DNA of 64,000 nucleotides. Source: Octopus bimaculoides (Eukaryota). Positions 38,417-53,500 of the stretch are shown piece by piece (position 1 is the stretch's first letter; each line of letters begins with the position of its first letter). Where the stretch lies: positions 104,279,758 to 104,343,757 of the forward strand of contig NC_068983.1 in the NCBI RefSeq assembly GCF_001194135.2, read 5' to 3'. A program made the translations under genes and the position numbers. The notes under the pieces were generated by a model. It worked only from the letters and a program-made list of their open reading frames with translations, was not told the DNA's origin and made no database searches.

Positions 38417-38545
38417 ATGGCGAAGCAAAGTGATGGATCTTCTATTGTGTGGGCTTTTAAAACTAATGTAACTTGTAAAAATGGACTAACTTGGTCCGAT
38501 GACAATCGGATTGCTATGTGTGCTGATGATGGTGTATTCATAATT
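38417..38545 (+). CDS. GTF3C4: GTF3C4 exon 1
   Basis: MAKQSDGSSIVWAFKTNVTCKNGLTWSDDNRIAMCADDGVFII|gtaaga. Confidence 0.92.
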
Positions 38546-41500
38546 GTAAGAATCTTACAATTTTATTCTATTCTTCACAGCCAATCAGATGAAATGCCTG
38601 TCTTAGTATACTAATTCGTCTGTGTATATATATTATTTTTATATGCTAGTTTAAAATACCTGGGGTTTTTTTTCCAAGCTTATAATTTATATTCTAGAAA
38701 ATATTTAATTACTCAGTGTACTTCTATGCTCCTCTTCACGCAGAGAATTTTTATTTAATTTCAATAATACCTAAATATTGCTTTCTAAGCATGTCAACTC
38801 CCTGTTTATAATGAACGTTATTATGTAGAAAATGCTTGCTATATCCATGATATTATTTTGTTAGTAATTATAATTATAAAAATTCTAATTTTTATTCATT
38901 CCTGAGCATAGAATATCTTGTACTTTTTTTGTTTTGTTTTATTTCCAATTGCAAACGTAAAGCATAAAGGACTACTTGGGCTTCATTTCATAATCAGTAT
39001 TTCTTATGTTATAGTTTTTAATGTTTCATTTCCTATCTCTGATCTATTATGGTATATAACAAGCAATAATGATATTCTTATAATTTTTATAAAAGTAATA
39101 AAGAGTTTAAAAAAATAACCTGCTATGAAATATTAATGCAGAAAATGGCTCCTCCCACTTTAAGACTGATTAACAAGTGATTCTTTTTATGGCGTTTGAG
39201 ATTTAGGTTCCGCTTTGTTAAATGACACTGAAAATGGTTTTTCATTATTAAATATTCCAGTTTATTACAGAACATGTTTAAATCCAGTTATTTTTCCCCA
39301 TTCAGATGATTTCTCTTGTCTTTCTTACCACTTCTTAATTGATGCCACACTTGCTTGTTGGCCACACAGCTTTATTTACTGTCTAGATTTTCAATGTATA
39401 TATTGTAAATAACAATTTTTTTTATTGGTTTCTTAAAAGGAAAATTTAATGTGTCTTCCTCTAGAATGTTAGCATTCAACGTAAATTGTTTTGTTTTTTT
39501 TTCCAAACATGACACAAGAATGGCTTTAATTTTGTTGAGTGAACTCCAACTTTGAAGAGAATGAGTTGGATCGACTGCGACCATGCTGGAGCACCGCCTT
39601 TTAGTCGAACAAATCGCCCCCAGGACTTATTCTTTGTAAGCCTAGTACTTATTTTAACGAATTCTTTTGCCGAAACACTAAGCTACGGGGACGTAAACAC
39701 ACCAACATTGGTGTCAAGCGATGGTGGAGGGTGAGAGACAAACACAGACACACACATAAATTTCTTTCAGTTTCCGTCTACCAAATCCACTCACAAGGCT
39801 TTGGTTGGCCCGAGGCTATAGTGGCCAAAGTGTCACACGCTGTGGGACTGAACCCGGAACCATATGGTTGGGAAGCAAGCTTCTTACCACACAGCCATTA
39901 TTTATCGATTGTTACATTTTTAAAATACATACGACTGCTTTTGAAGGGAAACAACTCGTAAGTCTATTATTGTAAATAAGTTTAAATTTGTGTAGATGTT
40001 GATACGTTCGGAGAATGCATGAAACATTAACAAGTGAATGGAACCGTTTTTTCTAGTTAGTGTTTTGGTACATCAACCTACCATACTAACTGTGTTTGGT
40101 AGTGCAAGTGTTTCACAGCCAAGTGGCTGACTGAAACCATCCTCTTTGTTACATCCCTCCGCATTACAGTTCGGGCAAAAAACACAAATGCATAGAGAAA
40201 ATCCTACCTCTCCTAACTGGATAGCTTTTACTAAACCCTGTTAACTCCCGCAAGACCACCATCTGAAACTCAGAAAAAGTATCTGTGCGTCACATAACCC
40301 ACAAGAACTCACACTTTCTAAACTGCAGCCAAGCCCTTTGGCCATTTGCCAAATGAATTCTTTCAATTTTGAAGAATCCTCACTCTCTTCATTTCTCAAC
40401 TATAATGACTCTACAAAAGTACTTGACAGAAAAATCTACACATTTGTCGTCTTCTTTGCATCCAACTCTACATTACTCTAGGTAAATCTCCAAAACTAGC
40501 CTCTCCAGTCCACCAGAATCACTACCACATACATTTGCACAAATGTCAAAACACTTATAATTACTTCAAACCAACAAGACCACAGGTCCTGACAGTATCT
40601 CCTCTGTTAACTTTGAACCATGAATACCAGAGTTAGCCCTTACTTTCACCAAACTCTCTCTCACTCTCTCTCTCTCTCTCNNNNNNNNNNCTACACTCTC
40701 TGAGTGGTTGGCGTTAGGAAGGGCATCCAGCTGTAGAAACTCTGCCAAATCAGACTGGAGCTTGGTGTTGCCATCCGGTTTCACCAGTCCTCAGTCAAAT
40801 CGTCCAACCCATGCTAGCATGGAAAGCGGACGTTAAACGATGATGATGATGATGATATTGATTGATCACTCTTTGGAAACACTACTATAGTGTGTCATAT
40901 TTTTCTCATTTCCATGTCCCAGATTTCAGGATAACTTCCTTCATCTGACTAAACCATTAAAAAGGTTATTGCAGTAAAAAACTGTGCAAAGTCAAGATGG
41001 ATTTGTCATCAGGCTAGAGATATGGTTCAAATGCTTGCAACAGAATGGACTCTGCTAAAGGCACTCAAAGACCAGGTGGTCATGTTAAAACAAGTGATGA
41101 ATTAAAAAGTATATGCTGACAGGCTTCTGCAATTGTAATCCACACAATTTCACTCATAAGACTATGTAACAAGATAGTTACCCAAAGTACTGCACAGTGG
41201 GAGTGAGCATAGAACCCCACAATAGCAAAACAATTTAACCACAGCCATACTTATATTCATATGTAATTATATTTTCGATATCTCTAACTTTTGCAGTATT
41301 CTATTCTCCTGGTCTCACTAACTACATTCTTCTGTCATATGAACTTATTCAGTTTATTTATCTCTTCTCTTGTTAAGAATATCATCTCACTTTATAGATC
41401 ATGTACTATTTTCCCAACCCTTGCAGAAATTTCACGTCTTTACAACTGTGTATATTTTTTCCCCAACTGTTCACTTGCAAAGAACCAAATTACACATTAA

Positions 41501-44500
41501 CTACACTTATCTCACCATTTTTTTTCCTTTTAGTTGATTGACAAAAAAATGTTTCAGGGATTGTATCTCATGATTTATAAATAAAATATTCTGTATGCTT
41601 TGTTTTCTATGAAAGGAACTAACAACCAACTTCCATCTTTTGCGAGGAACACTTCTCGCAAGGAGAACTATTATTTCACCTCATTCAGACATCTTTTACA
41701 GTACAGAAATTTTTAATCTTGAAGAACTTGAAAACAGACTACCTCGAGGTGAATACATTAGTTTTGATCTTCTATTCCAAAATTAACCAATTTTCTATGC
41801 GTTTGATTGCATCTTTATTTTAGTTGGTTAATTGGACTTAAATATTGCAACTTTTCTATTGACTTCATTTAAATATGATAAATGAATGAATAAATAGATT
41901 ATAGTTTATTCAACTGTTATGTATTTAGTCGTGCCTCTTAAATGTGTTTATTCAGGTTGTAAACATGTTATTTCAGGATAACTTGGGAAATAGTCACCAT
42001 AAGTATCCTGGTTTTCAGAATATGTACACGTACCTCTGTGTGTCATAAGAAGTAACTAAAATAGTTAGCATCAGGAGAGGCATCTGGCCATCCAGCCAAT
42101 GCCAGCTTGGAAATAATGATAATGGCTGAGAATTGATAAGAAAGTTTCCATAACAAAATGGAAGTTTTCCTCCATCTTGCTATGGAACAGCTTACATATA
42201 TGAAAGTCGTCTGCAGTTTTTGATATTGTATAGTGTCATGAGCAAGTTAGCTTTGTGGAGCTTCTGACTTGACAAAAAAAAACCAATACATTCCATTTGT
42301 AGCACATTCAAGAAATCCTCAATGAACAAAATATTGGTTTAAGATTTTGGCACAAGGCCAGCAATTTCAGAGCAAGGAGTAAGTTGATTACATCACACCC
42401 AGTACTCAACTGATACTTATTTTATCAACCCTAAAAGGATGAAAGGCAAAGCTGACCTTGGTGGACTTGAACTCAGAAGGTAAAGGCAGATGAAATGCCA
42501 CTGAGCATTTTGTCTGATCTAATGATTTTGCCTTAATGAACAAAATAGTACCTTCAGTATTGTTTTGCATAGTTCGTAATTTGGTAAACGATGGCTCATG
42601 GATGTTATCAAAAGCAATGAAGTAAGACTTAATTGACTGTTTTAATATTACCAGATTATCACTTGCAATATAAATATCTATATATAGTTTGTCTTGTATT
42701 AAAAATAAATCTCTTCATGATGATGATGATAATATTTTTCGTTTCAGAGGAATTCAACTCCATCCTTATTGACAGAACAATTAGCCCCACAGTCCAATAT
42801 TCCATTCCTCCTCAAGGTTATAAGTCTGCAAACTGGTCTCCAAAAGGGGCAGATGATGTTGGCAGGTAAAAGCTTGTCCTAATACTTTAGATCTTCACAT
42901 TATATATAAGCATTTGGATAATTGTTTACATATATAGCTTATTTCACCACCCTACATTTTTGAAGTCTGTGGATTTATCAATGGATATTACTGAAGTTTT
43001 GGGTATTTGTCTCTGACATCAATTACTGAACAATATAATTGTGCAACTTACTGCATTCCTATTTTTTTACATTGTTTTCTGACAATGCATTTTAACTTAT
43101 CGTGAATATTATTTTCTCTACTTCTGTAGATGTGTCCTTGCATGCCTGGCCATTGATCACCGACTCACCATCTGTCGGGAAGATAGATACAGAAGTGTGT
43201 GGATTAAAGTAAGTACATGTTTTGTTCATTACAATTAATATCTATTAATTAAATGTGGTGGGCAAGCTACTTAGTTACTCACAAAAAGTGTTGAGATATT
43301 TCTTGTAATTTGCTTATGTTAAATATGTCTGTTGTCAGCAAACTAAATTCACAAAAGTGTTCTAACTAAAGTACAAAAGCATGCATAATTAAAGTGAAGA
43401 TTTAATAACTGGATATTCTTGCTGATTATAACCAGTCAGTCAGTGAATTAACATATAAAGCAAGATAGTATGAACTTTGTTATTGTTGTTGTTGGCACTC
43501 CGTCGCTTACAACGTCGAGGGTTCCAGTTGATCCGATCAACGGAACAGCCTGCTCGTGAAATTAATGTGCAAGTGGCTGAGCACTCCACAGACACGTGTA
43601 TCCTTAACGTAGTTCTCGGGGATATTCAGCGTGACACAGTATGACGAGGCTGACCCTTTGAAATTACAGGCACAACAGAAACAGGAAGTAAGAGTGAGAG
43701 AAAGTTGTGGTGAAAGAGTACAGCAGGGTTCGCCACCATCCCCTGCCGGAGCCTCGTGAAGCTTTTAGGTGTTTTCGCTCAATAAACACTCACAACGCCC
43801 GGTCTGGGAATCGAAACCGCGATCCTATGACCGCGAGTCCACTGCCCTAACCATTGCGCCTCCAGTATGAACTTTATTTGAAGTCTATTGTCTTGATTTT
43901 TCTTTTAAATTTCCAGATAAATTCTAATTTTAACTTTCAGGTCATTGACTGCTCCAAAGTGTATGAAGACATTTGGAAAAAGAATAACAGCAGTTATTTA
44001 AAAGGACAGGAGATTAACTTTGAGTACCTGAAGACAATCTCCTATGCACTAGCAGCAGTTGGTAAGCTTTTAGTCACTCTCATTTTAGTTTCATCTTTGT
44101 TTTGATTTTTTTTACTCATTTTAATTTTTTGATGCAAACCTGTATGAGACTACTTTTCCATGATACAAAACACTTTGTTGTAAAGGGTTCATATTTCATG
44201 TAAAAACTTTCATGCTTGAACAGAGATGTGTAGATTTGTGCTGCATCCAAGAAGTAAGGTGGAGAGGTGGTTCTGCTAGGTTCCTCACAGGCAAAGAACA
44301 TAGGTGTAAGATTTTCTGGGCAGGGAACACTAACGGGGTCGGGGGTGTGGGTATACTTCTTGCAGAGAAATGGGTTAAGGTAATCAAGATAGAGTCTGAT
44401 AGAATACTTAAAATTAGATTAGTGCTGCATCATGGGTTAGCAACCATTATCTCAGCCTATGCCCCTCAGCCGGGGCTACCTGATGGACAGAAAGACCGAT

Positions 44501-47500
44501 TTTATGACACCCTCTTGCATACTACCTCATCGACAAATGACAAGGACCTTTTCTTTGTGTCTGGTGAGTTCAATGGGCATGTTGGACAAGATGCAGGGGG
44601 CTTCCATGGCGTACATGGAGGCTACGGTTTTGGTTCCTACAATGAGGAGGAAACCAGGCGGCTGGAGTTCTGCAATGCAAATGATCTTATGGTTTGTAAC
44701 ACTAACTTCAAGAATCCTGCCAGTCACCTATTCACCTATGGGAAAGACAGCTACTTATAAATGCCAAAACCTTCCCAGGTGAAGAATGCACCCCACAACA
44801 TAGATTAGTAGTTAGCGACTTCAGGATCAGGGCTAAATGGATGCTCAGAAGACGACTAGCATGGAGGAGAAGGGTCTGGAAGCTTAAGGATCCTGCAAAT
44901 GGATAGAGATTTAGACATATTACTCAAAGCTTTTGACGAAATAGAGGGGGATATAGCATCACATGATGTGGAAGACAACTGGAGGTTTCTACGGGACAAC
45001 AAGTTGAGGGCCACTGACCAGATCTGTGGATGGTGCAAAGTCCCCTCTGAAAGTGTAGCTGCTAGAGTAAGGATAGCCTGGGCAAAGTTCAGAAAGCTCC
45101 TACCTCTGCTGGTGACAAAGGGCCTCTTGCTCAGAGTAAAAGGTAGACTGTATGATGCATGTGTGCAAACAGCTATGCTACATGGCAGTGAAACATGGGC
45201 CGTGACTATTGAGGACATGCATAAGCTTGCAAGGAATGAAGCCAGTATACTCCGCTGGATGTGTAATATCCGTGTGCATACATGACAGAGTGTAAAAGTT
45301 GGACTTAAGAAGCATTAGATGTGGTGTACAAGAGAGACGACTGTGCTGGTGTGGTCATGTGTCACGAATGGATGAGGACAGCTGTGTGAAAAAGTGTAAC
45401 ACCCTAGCAGTTGAGGGAACCTGCGGAAGACCTGGGATGAGGTGGTGAAGCACGACCTTCAAACATTGGGCCTCACCGAGGCAATGACAAGTGACCAAGA
45501 CCTTTGGAGATATGCTGTGCTTGAGAAGACCCGGCAAGCCAAGTGAGACCATAACCGTGGTCTCACTTGGCTTGTGGTGTATAACCAGCCCATTTAAGAG
45601 TACCCTTGAATCATTGGACACTAAACTCTGTTTACAAAGACCTGTTGGGGCAAGTGAAATCGCTGTCGTGGCCAATGACAGTACTACCTGATTGACAGCA
45701 TGATCATTGCCAGGGCCAGTGACCGGCTCCTGCGCCAGTGGCACGTAAAAAAGCACCATTTGAGCGTGGCCGATGCCAGTACTGCCTTACTGGCCCTCGT
45801 GCCAGTGGCACGTAAAAGCACCCACTACACTGTCGGAGTGGTTGGTGTTAGGAAGGGCATCCAGCTGTAGAAACTTTGCCAGATCTGACTGGAGACTGAT
45901 GCAGCCTTCTGGCTCACCAGCCCTCAGTCAAACCCATTTCAGCATGGAAAGCGGACGTTAAATGATGATGATGACAAAATAATGAAGTTACATATTTGTC
46001 TAAATCCCTAACTATTTTTACTTATTTTCAAAATTATTAGAAACACTTAAACAATATTTTTCATTAGAAATATAGTCACAAAGGAATTAATCATCTATTT
46101 GAAGACATTTTAGAAATAAATTATTTTTAAGAATAAAACAAGAAAATAAGATCCACCAGCTCTCCCTTATCAAATTAAATATTTTGTGAATGTCTAAATA
46201 ATATTCAGGCCTTTCAAGTAGATTTTTAGTCTTAATGTTGTTGCATTTATTTCCTAACATTAATTTGAAGCATTTCAAAATGACAAAAATTTTTCCTATA
46301 TTTGTTTAATAGATCTATTTATAACTAGAAAAGATTTCACTTTTACCTCTTGCTTAGCTGTCAGAAGGGCAGTTCTTGAAAGTTTATTGCTCTCATGCTC
46401 ATATGGGGAAATTGATTTATTTACTATATTAAATTCCTGGCTGAAATTAGTAGAAAAATAAAATAATTTCACTGTTATATATTTTATCATGTTGTAATTT
46501 ACTATGTTATGCATCATACCTAATATACTTGATTGTTTTCTACTTAGCTATGGCCTGGTCTAACACATATGAGACATTCCCTGCTATAATACACCCAGAT
46601 GATCGGAATCTGCTGATGCAAAGTTCCACTGAAAAATCCAAATATTCCATATTTGCCTCAGCAATGAAAAACGGGGATGTTGTCTTTTGGAAGGTCCACT
46701 TTCCTATAATATGCAGGTAAATGAAACTGACTCTACTTTCTCCATTTATTATTATTACCTAAACTGTGTATATGTTTAACCCTTTAGCATTCAAATTATT
46801 CTGTGAAATGTAATGCTTATTTATTTACAATGCTTTGAATTAATCATGTTTTATCTTGTAACCTTGAGATTTCATTGATGTTATTGTTTATGTTCAAAAC
46901 GACATTCTAAGGTAGGTGTGAGATGCCAGATCTGGTCACTTTGAACATAGAACATGTAGAATATTTTGGCTGAATGTGGCCGGTTTAAATGCTAAAGGGT
47001 TAATGTTGCTTTTAACTTTTAAAACTTTTTTTTTTCATACTAATGTGATGAAATGATTATTACAAAACTGGCTGTGTGGTTAAGAAGTTAAGCTTTGCAA
47101 ACCACATAGTGCCAGTTTCAATCCCTCTGCATGGTGCTGTAGCTAAGTGTTTTTCTACCTGAGCCTTAAGTTGACCAAAGCCTGGTGAGTGAAATTTAGG
47201 AAACAAACTATGCAAAGGATGGCCAATAAGTCACTGCAACAAAAAAAATTACCTTACAGTATTTATCTTCAAGTTACATGCTTTTACATAAGATGGACTT
47301 AGCCATTCAATACATAAAATAAGAAGCAGGCAGAGTACTGGGGTTAACATGATTGACTAAAATACTTGATGATTACCATCAAATAGACTAAAACCAGTAA
47401 AGGAATATATTGTTGGAACAATTGCTTTATAGCTGGATGCTTCTCTTTTAGAGCATACCATATGCATCACTGCCTCTCTCAAGTTGAGCTCCATTTTAGA

Positions 47501-50500
47501 ATGAAGCTAGAGGAGAAATGATGAGTATATTTTGTATTAAATTGAAGCTGGTATTACTATCAGCAAGGGAAAATGTCTGTCTTGGATCTTTAATCCATCA
47601 AGCAAGATGCAACTGATTATATATGTTTTCAAAGAATGGGAAATACCTGTGAAATGTATAATTACTGAAAAATCAAACCTGCTTACATACCTATATTCAT
47701 CATCATCATTATCATCATAATCATGGTAAGGGTTGGATGGCTTGACAGGAACTAGCAAGGCCAGAGGTTGCACCAGGTGTCACAGTCTGTTTTGGCTTGG
47801 TTTCTACAGCTGGATGTCCTTCCAAATGCCAACCACTTTACAGTGTACTGGGTGCTTTTTAGATGGCACTATCACCAGTGCTCCTTACGCGGCACCATCA
47901 CCTGTGCTTTTTTATGTGGTACCATCACCAGTGCTTTTTACATGGTACCAGCACTGGTGCATTTTATATGGCACCATCATCAATGCATTTTACATTGCAC
48001 TATCACCAGTGCTTTTTATGTGGTACCAGCACTGGTACTTTTCACATGGTACCAGCACCAGTGCTTTTTACGTGGTACCAGCACCAGTGCTTTTTACGTG
48101 GTACCAGCACCAGTGCTTTTCACGTGGTACCAGCACCAGTGCTTTTTAATTGGCACCTTGGTTATTTGATATATAATCTCAGCTGCAGCAAGCTAGTATA
48201 GAAGATGCTATGCACACACAGACACACACACCAATTTGCTAATGTAATAATTGATTTTTTTAATATTTGGTTAAATTTGTTTAATTATTTATACTTTAAT
48301 TATTTTACCATTTTCTTATTTCAGTGGGGACTGTGTATATTTGACCACAGCTTCTATACATGACAGCATTCCTACTTCCATGTCATGGTGCCCTTCTCAA
48401 GAAGGTAATCTAGAACTATTGTTGTTGATGTTGTATAGCCCTAGGTCAGCCCTAATTAAGCCAACCTATGATCAAAGTTTTCCCACCTCCTTATTATATA
48501 TTTGGGACTATACTGTCTTGTGAATTTTTTTTTTTTTTTGTAAGACAGTAGGGCATGATATGAAGAAGATTTTGACTGCTATTTCTAGTAGGTCGAGCAC
48601 TAATGCAAAGGCTCCCTCAATTGGAGTCTAAAACTCCTTCATCCCTCTATGGTGTAGAAACCATTTTAAAATTGTTTATACTCATGCAATTTGTTTTTCA
48701 GCTGTTTATTCATTGGTGGTTTACTTTGTCTTATTAACCAGCTTTGTTAACTTATTCAACCCTTTTTCACTTGGATGTCCTTGAAATTGTACAATCTAGC
48801 TGCCCCTCAACCTTTCCTTATCATGCAATCTGACATAGTTGTATGTAGGTCTCTTTCTCCTTTTTTTCCACTAAATAGCCACATGAAGGATATCTTATCC
48901 CTTTATAATGTGGCTTGACATAACCATTATCACCTTCTGGTAATGTCAGTCTTAACTGCTTCTACTTTTCTGTGCACCTCATTATGACACACGTGAATCC
49001 ATAGCATCTTACATAATCAGGGTTGTTTAAACACTAATGCATTCCTTTTAGTTGTTCATTGTAAAGCAATACAGAACACAGCACAGCAGCATGCATACTC
49101 TTACTCTTTTACTTGTTTCAGTCATTTGACTGTGGCCATGCTGGAGCACTGCCTTTAGTCGAGCAAATCAACCCCGGGACTTATTCTTTGGAAGCCTAGT
49201 ACTTATTCTATCGGTCGCTTTTGCCAAACCGCTAAGTTACGGGGACATAAACACACCAGCATCGTTTGTCAAGCAATGCTAGGGGGACAAACACACACAT
49301 ATACATATATATACATATATACGATGGGCTTCTTTCAGTTTCCGTCTACCAAATCCACTCACACGGCTTTGGTTGGCCCGAGGCTATAGTAGAAGACATT
49401 TGCCCAAGGTGCCACGTAGTGGGACTGAACCCAGAACCATGTGGTTGGTAAGCAAGCTACTTACCACACAGCCACTCCTGCGTATGTGCGTTTTTGTGGT
49501 GAATGTAGTTATTGCTCTTGTTATTGTTGTTGTTTACTCTCAAGTCAGCCTTTATTGAACAAATCTATACTCAGAGGCATTCCAGCCGACTTTCTTGTCT
49601 CTTTCTTGAGCACAATGAACTTAGAACCACATTATCCAATATGTGTTCTTTTCACTAAGACAGCATTGTGTGCTTTGAGGGAGATTTGGCAACTAATTCT
49701 AGCAGTCAAGTGACCGTTTGGAAGTTGGCTTGTGACATCATTGATTTATTTGAAAGTTAGAGTGTATATAACATATATAGAGGAAATAATTACTAAAGAG
49801 TACATAGGTAAGATGTCAGTGTTGCTGTTGTTGTTGCTTATGTGTTTGATTTTTGTATTTGAAGGTTGTTGTTTGCTGATTGTATTGACCATTATTTTAA
49901 TAATTTCAGATATGATATTAGCTGTGGGCTATTCTGATGGAATGATAAAAGTGATTCGTTTCAACTTGACATGTGGCATTGTGTCTGACAGCGAAGATGT
50001 TTGGGCTGATCCTGATTTAATATCTGTAAATGCTCTCAGTTGGCAATGCCTCGACATCCATCAGGTTAGAATGTGATCTTACAATAAATTTTAGTCTTGC
50101 ATCAATTTACATTTATTTCTTGAATAAACTGCGCTATGACTGCAGGTTTGTGAGCTGGATTTTTGACCACAGAATTTGGAGGTCATCACTATAGCTATTG
50201 GTGGCATATCTTGAGCAAGGCATATAACTCTATTTCACTTTGCCTTACTTGACAAAAGTTGATTTTTACCTTACTTGACAGTTGACTGGTTAGTAGTAGC
50301 AATAGCATTCAACTGTGAAAAAAAATTTTCTTTTGAATTGCTCAGATAAAAGCCATCCAATCCATGCAAGTATGGTTAAAAAAAAAGAATATATGCAAAA
50401 TAACTACAATAAAAAAAAACATAGAAAAATGATATTGTATTTGGAATAGAGAACTAACTCTGCTCACCAACACTTGTAGATAGAATCTAGGAAATGTTTA

Positions 50501-53500
50501 AAGAAAAACATTTATTCATTATTTCTTATGTAACATTTTTCTTTCTTCTGTTCCTTCTAAATTTTTTGGCCTTATCTCTTCTGCTTTTATGTTTCATCCT
50601 ACTTTCAGAATCTGTTTTTCTCAGCTCAGCATAATAGCCCCACTATCTTAAAACAGCATGAACTTAGTACTTCATGTTTGTTCATTTAACCTTTAACCTT
50701 TATCAAGCTTATTTCATATTTCACCCTAGCTTCTCATCTTTCAGGACACTTTTCTCACAAATGGAAATATCTCTACCTTAACTAATTAAAAAAACAAAAA
50801 TGCATTAAAGTACATTAAATTAATTTTTGACAAGTGTAAAGAATTATGCATTAAAACATTGACGCATAACTGCATAAAGGTTAAGGTTATTGTTGTAGTC
50901 TGTCATTTCATAGAATCAGCATCTAACCATGGATGTATTTCCTACTTCAGAAGTCATTTACTAGTGGAGTGGTTTATTCAACCTTTATAATGAATGTCAA
51001 GCTATATTGCACTATGGACCAGTACACATAAGCATGAGATTTTTCAGTCTCACATAATTCTGATATTATTAAGTAGCATATGACAATTATAAAATACCCA
51101 GTACCACAACTATCATAAATAGTTAAGCATTTGTTCCACTTTAGATAGATTTAACCTAACATTGTCTCTCTATCGCAGCTGATTCCTAACTAATTTCCAT
51201 TTTAGCTCAAAACATCTTAATGCTATTTTCCTTACTGACCTTGTTTTTCCTGTATTCTACATTATGCTTTTAACATTGCTCATACAACCACCCTTTTGTA
51301 GTAAAAGAGAATGACTTTGTTATCAATAAGGTCTATAATTCTCAATATTTCTTGAGATCATTTAACTGTTTTAAGTGTCATTAAACATATACCTGAACTG
51401 TACAGAATTTGTTACTATAGTTAGTTTTACCATACAATATTCAAAATAGCACAACAGGTATAGTACCATAATATTGGTAGTGTATATCTAATTTCCTTTT
51501 ATGTGCTTCTAACCATATATGTTTTTATTTTCTTTACAGGATCAATGGCTTTTGTTTGCCTCAAAAGATCTTTTTATAATGGCTTTTGTGTTAGACAGAG
51601 CTAAATTAACTTGTATTCAAATGGTACACATCAGAGGACAGTACAATCTTTCCTGTACAGGTAAAATATATTCGTAAATATATACATATTAAACTACTTG
51701 ATGAAAATCATCATCATCTTTATGGGTTTTTTTATGAAGTGAAATTTTGTATATACTAATTATTAGGCTTTTGCTTTAAATTTCAGTGAAAGATAAATTA
51801 GGGTCAGAACTGTGAGGTTAAGATCACCTCAAAATTAATCAAGTGTTTTATACCTGAGCCAAGGGCTTTGTGCAATTTGTAAACAGAAATTATGCAAAAT
51901 GCTGTGTGTGTGTATGTTTGTGTGCATGTATCATGGTGAATGATATATATATCCATTGGTTAGAAAATTAATATATCTGTTTGTTGAACCAAAATACCTT
52001 GTGAAATTTATCCCCCTAAATTGGAACTTAAGTTCTTGTTACTCTTAACATTGAAAATGCAATGAACCAATGATTGGCCCATTAAAAACCAATGACACAG
52101 TTTATTACAAAATGTGATATAAATTTCTTTCTGAACTTAAAAAAAATTTAAATATATCATCTTCCATCTACAAATTATCTTTATTTTCCAAATGACTTTG
52201 TCATTTTACGAGTTTACTAATTTTTAGTAAATTTTTACAAGTTTACTAATTTTCTCCCATATACTTCGGTTAATTTCATTGTTAATAAGGTTTTAATTGT
52301 TATTTTTTACTAATTTTCTTTCAGGTATGTCCTCGCGTAGTGGTACATTGGCTCTCTCGGCTTCTGATGAAAAGGTTCAACTTATAAAAGCTACAATGAA
52401 GGATGAAGGTAAATGATGACACTCCTTATTCTCAAATAGTGGTTAGTGTCTTCTACATTTCCCAGTTATTATAGAATACCTTGTTGGCATTAAAGAATAT
52501 TACTTATTATCAGGATAGTTATGTTACTAAAACTAAGTAGTTGCATTGATTTGTACCACATTCCTGGCAGTGAGGTCTCTTAATTTTCTCTAAGCCTTCT
52601 TTTTACTATAATATAGCTTATAAGAGTAAAAGCACTTTATTTTCTATTGCCAAAATATGAATAAGATTTTATAAGTAGACGATATCAACCAACTGAGGGA
52701 GTAGGATCAAATAACCTACAATTTAAATCAAAGACCCCTTTTTTAATCCTCAATTTTAGCCATTTCATTTCTTCTGCTACGCAGTCTTATTTCTCTTTTC
52801 CTATAAAGCATACATCAAATAATACATGCAGTCCTTCTTAAGAATTTGTTTTGCTCTTATGTATTCTCACCAAACGAGACATTTCTAACTCAGTAATATC
52901 TATGTTAACCATATATGTGTCACACCAACCTGTCTGATTAAAAAAAAGCCCTTACAAGCTAATGGGAAGAATCAACCCTCATTTTTCTGAGACAGAGCAA
53001 CTAAAACAACAGAACAACAGAAGCTACTACTGTCATCTGATATATAATTATATAATATATAATCTGTTGTTAGGTAAATTGGAAACTGCATGAAGATAGT
53101 TTTGATGGCATGTAAATTACCTTTGATGATTAGTATGATACTTCATATTCTGGAATTGATAAAATGCATTCCAATAATATGAAGGGGTGCTGAAAAGTTC
53201 CTGGCTTTGGGTAAAAGAAAATACAGGAGGATCAGTTAATTATGATTTAATTAAACATATTCTCCTCTCGGATTCACACACTTATTTCAGCAGTCCTTCA
53301 GTTTTTGTAAACCCTTTAAAAGAAGCCAGAAAGCTGGTCTTCCAACTAGGCCTTTTGTGATACCCTTAAACCCAGGAACTTTTCAGCATTCCCATGTATA
53401 CTGATTTGATTCAATCTTTAATTTTTTTACAGTCATTCATCCATGCTTGCATAGCTGTCAACTTTGTCTTTCATTCCTTCAGGGCTGATAAAATAAAGTA

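Noticed and set aside
39215-39412. 65-aa ORF in GTF3C4 intron 1 as a possible exon 2
   Set aside because: Acceptor phase is incompatible with exon 1 and it ends in a stop; 41616-41748 fits both phases.
43795-43863. tRNA gene candidates here and at other SINE heads
   Set aside because: They continue into SINE bodies with tails and TSDs, and no complete cloverleaf is evident.
47733-48201. 133-138 aa repetitive ORFs / CRISPR-like array
   Set aside because: Translations of a tandemly expanded RTE 3' UTR motif; no unique spacers, no cas genes, eukaryotic context.
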